From Synechococcus sp. (GTDB taxonomy: Bacteria; Cyanobacteriota; Cyanobacteriia; PCC-6307; Cyanobiaceae), in NCBI GenBank assembly GCA_047284725.1, contig JBJBEO010000001.1, positions 320,001 to 384,000 of the forward strand: a stretch of DNA of 64,000 nucleotides, in the 5' to 3' direction. The notes beneath the pieces are model-generated. The model was not told where the DNA came from, did not search any database, and worked only from the letters and a program-made list of their open reading frames with translations. Below are positions 61,942 to 64,000 of this stretch, in pieces. Each line of letters starts with the position of its first letter. Within the stretch, counting starts at the first letter, position 1. The translations under genes were made by a program, and so were the position numbers.

Positions 61942-62086
61942 GGCTAACAGTATTTAGGCGGTCTACAGAAGCTGCTGCAAGATGATTTTTGCTGCATAAG
62001 CTGCCAATAGCTTGTCTCTCCTCGACGATCTCTATAGGTTTAGCAACGACTTCGGTAGATCTCCACTTCATTGTGGATTGTTATGC
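61942..62086 (-). other. attC-like recombination site 1
   Basis: Minus strand GCATAAC-aatcc...ATGAAGTGG-aga-TCTACcGAAGtcGTTGC...GCAGCagCTTCtGTAGA-CCGCCTAAAT-act-GTTAGCC: long imperfect palindrome bounded by ...TAAC and GTTAG.. Confidence 0.7.
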
Positions 62087-62108
62087 AATCCGAAGAACAT
62101 TTTTGACC

Positions 62109-62885
62109 TCAATGGAGGTCTGCGGGGCTCAGCACCCCTGATGGCCCTCGATTCATGACATGGGTGTAGATGGCCGTGGTCTTCACATCACTGTGACCAA
62201 GCAATTCCTGAATAGTGCCGATGTCTGAGCCCTGCTCCAGCAAGTGCGTGGCGAATGAATGGCAACACGCACGGCACGCTGCACAAGGCTCGCATCCAGG
62301 TGATGCCTGCCTTCAAGATGGTGTTGTGGATCGCGGCAGCGTCGGCTCTGTGGGAACAGCCATTGCCAGCTCCATTTCCTTGGTGCATGTGGATCTTTCC
62401 TGTCCAGCGCTTGTGGTAACTCCACGGCTCCCCAGCCAGCCGCGAGATCAGACTGGTGAAAACGTTTCACGCTGTGCAGGTGCTGTTTCGAAGGCTCCAC
62501 CAGGCTGGACGGCAGCACATGAGCCGATCCTTGTTGGCCCAGCACAGCACCCACTTCCGCCACCGTAAGTACAACAGAAGGTTCTTCCTCTTGCGGGCCC
62601 GGATCACCACCTCCAGGTTTCCTACATCCTTCCCAAGAACCGTGCGATAGAGAATCAGCAAGGCCGCCAGGTCTTGGTTCTGCGTGGAGGTGCTCATCCG
62701 CTCCTGCGTAGCCAGGTGACTCAAGAAAGCGTTGAGCTCTGCGTCCCCCAACGCATGGGTGGAAACGCAGGAACCGTCGCGCCCACTGCCCATCGGTTGG
62801 AGATCTTTGGTCTGGCGTGGTGGCGCACCTGCAGTTTCTCCCAGTAGCGCTGAATCAGGGCTGGTGGATGGTTCGGGCTGGTCAT
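62109..62885 (-). pseudogene. intI: Integron integrase, decayed (frameshifts and internal deletions)
   Basis: Fragments across frames: PPALIQRYWEKLQVRHHAR / QWARRFLRFH / LGDAELNAFLSHLA..STSTQNQDLAALLILYR / [43 protein letters not shown] (IntI-specific insertion) / [48 protein letters not shown]. Confidence 0.92.
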
Positions 62886-63022
62886 CCCCAGCAGCCAGTC
62901 ACCTCACTATGCACAGGACATGTGCCATTACGAACCGGGGGTGATCGGCGGCAATCGTGACCCTGTTCGCGTCTCTTTCAGAAACAGCTACAACACCTTC
63001 GTGTAGTCCTCATTCAAGGGCA

Positions 63023-63256
63023 ATGACCGTTCGTCTCTTGACCGCTGCTTGCTTATCCTTCACCGTTGCCGCCCCGCCGGCCCAGGCTCAGATCCTCCGC
63101 AGCCCACTGCCTCCTTGCCATTCGCTCACGCTTTCGGTTTCTCCTGAAACGGCATGTTTCAACGATATGGATCGCGATGGGGAGTTTCAATACGCCCGTG
63201 GTGATCGTGCCTACACAGCGAAAACGTGGGTGCAATACAAGTGGAGGCTTTACTGA
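63023..63256 (+). CDS. Small secreted hypothetical protein
   Basis: MTVRLLTAACLSFTVAAPPAQA signal-peptide-like start within track ORF 62957..63256. Confidence 0.5.
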   Translation: MTVRLLTAACLSFTVAAPPAQAQILRSPLPPCHSLTLSVSPETACFNDMDRDGEFQYARGDRAYTAKTWVQYKWRLY

Positions 63257-63317
63257 TCTTAGTTACCCCTCCAGGGGAGGTTCGACATCCGGCTGATCCA
63301 ATCGTTCTGGCATCCAA

Positions 63318-63620
63318 ATGACGGCAGACAAAGAACTCGAACGGCTCGAACGGGAAATCAATGCCAAAGCCGCCGGTCTCAACACTCCTGGCTCAGCTCG
63401 AGAAGGATCGCTGTCGTCTGGTGACACCAGTAAGCCAAGCCCTCAACGAGGCAGTGATGGCGTACTCCTGTGCATTGGATTGTTGGTGTTTTTCAGTCTT
63501 ATGCTGCCGTTAGCCGAACGCCTGAAGCCAGAGCAAGTCAAGGCCTTAAGCGCTGGAGCGATGGGTGGCGCTGCTGGCGTGGCTGTGGGGTTTGTTCTGG
63601 GTAGAGGTAAGCGGCGATGA
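63318..63620 (+). CDS. Small two-TM hypothetical protein
   Basis: 100 aa, charged N-terminus, two hydrophobic segments. Confidence 0.55.
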   Translation: MTADKELERLEREINAKAAGLNTPGSAREGSLSSGDTSKPSPQRGSDGVLLCIGLLVFFSLMLPLAERLKPEQVKALSAGAMGGAAGVAVGFVLGRGKRR

Positions 63621-64000
63621 TCAGCATGGGCTGAGCAACGTGTCCCTGATGCAGTCCCCTAGCTGCTGACTCCTGTAGGCCAATCGATCAGAATCGATCT
63701 GGGGTGTTGGGCCTTTCAGCGCTCTGGTCGTTGCCAAGCAGGGCCTCAAGTATGGCTTCATCCGGCCAGGGCTCATCGGGGTGATCTGGTGGATCCTGCG
63801 CATTGGAGGGCTAACACCCAAGCATGTGGAGTTGGCTCACCAGACGGAGTCGCGCTTCGCGACGGCGTAGCTGCGCGTCAGACAGATCGGGCCGTTCGCG
63901 GCGCAGCTCGTCAAGGGATGGTGCTGGTTGCATCAGAACCCCTCTGGCCCTTTTGATTGTGCCCGCGCGCAGCCAGGCTTCCCCATTGCAGACGCAGGTC

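Noticed and set aside
61802..62071. 89-aa minus-strand ORF
   Set aside because: Runs through the attC1 palindrome and overlaps the cassette gene out of frame

Overview
Window from a marine Synechococcus-type picocyanobacterium (cpcG, cpcS, psbX, hli, ycf66, circularly permuted tmRNA). A GC-rich core block (~6.4-43.8 kb: PLD nuclease, cpcG/cpcS, sufR-ftrC-sufBCDS, mtnA-aldolase, def, rpsU, comM-like, accC, tRNA-Leu, msrB, smc, rlmL-like, ssrA) is flanked by two accessory islands. The left island (1-6.4 kb) holds a truncated tyrosine integrase and an AT-rich c-di-GMP signalling module (stand-alone CHASE4 protein, lipoprotein, PAS-like/GGDEF/EAL, sensor-GGDEF), plus a decayed second copy of the 3' end of the neighbouring PLD gene. 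The right island starts immediately after tmRNA and runs off the window. It contains a tycheposon/satellite-like element (integrase, coupled coiled-coil gene pair, repeat-expanded RmuC, sacsin-type GHKL-DUF3883 nuclease, terS-like gene), metabolic cargo, several frameshifted genes, and a decayed 'inverted' integron (intI pseudogene followed in the same orientation by two attC sites and two cassette ORFs) that the ORF track does not reveal. All family assignments are by motif recognition by eye; no database searches were run.
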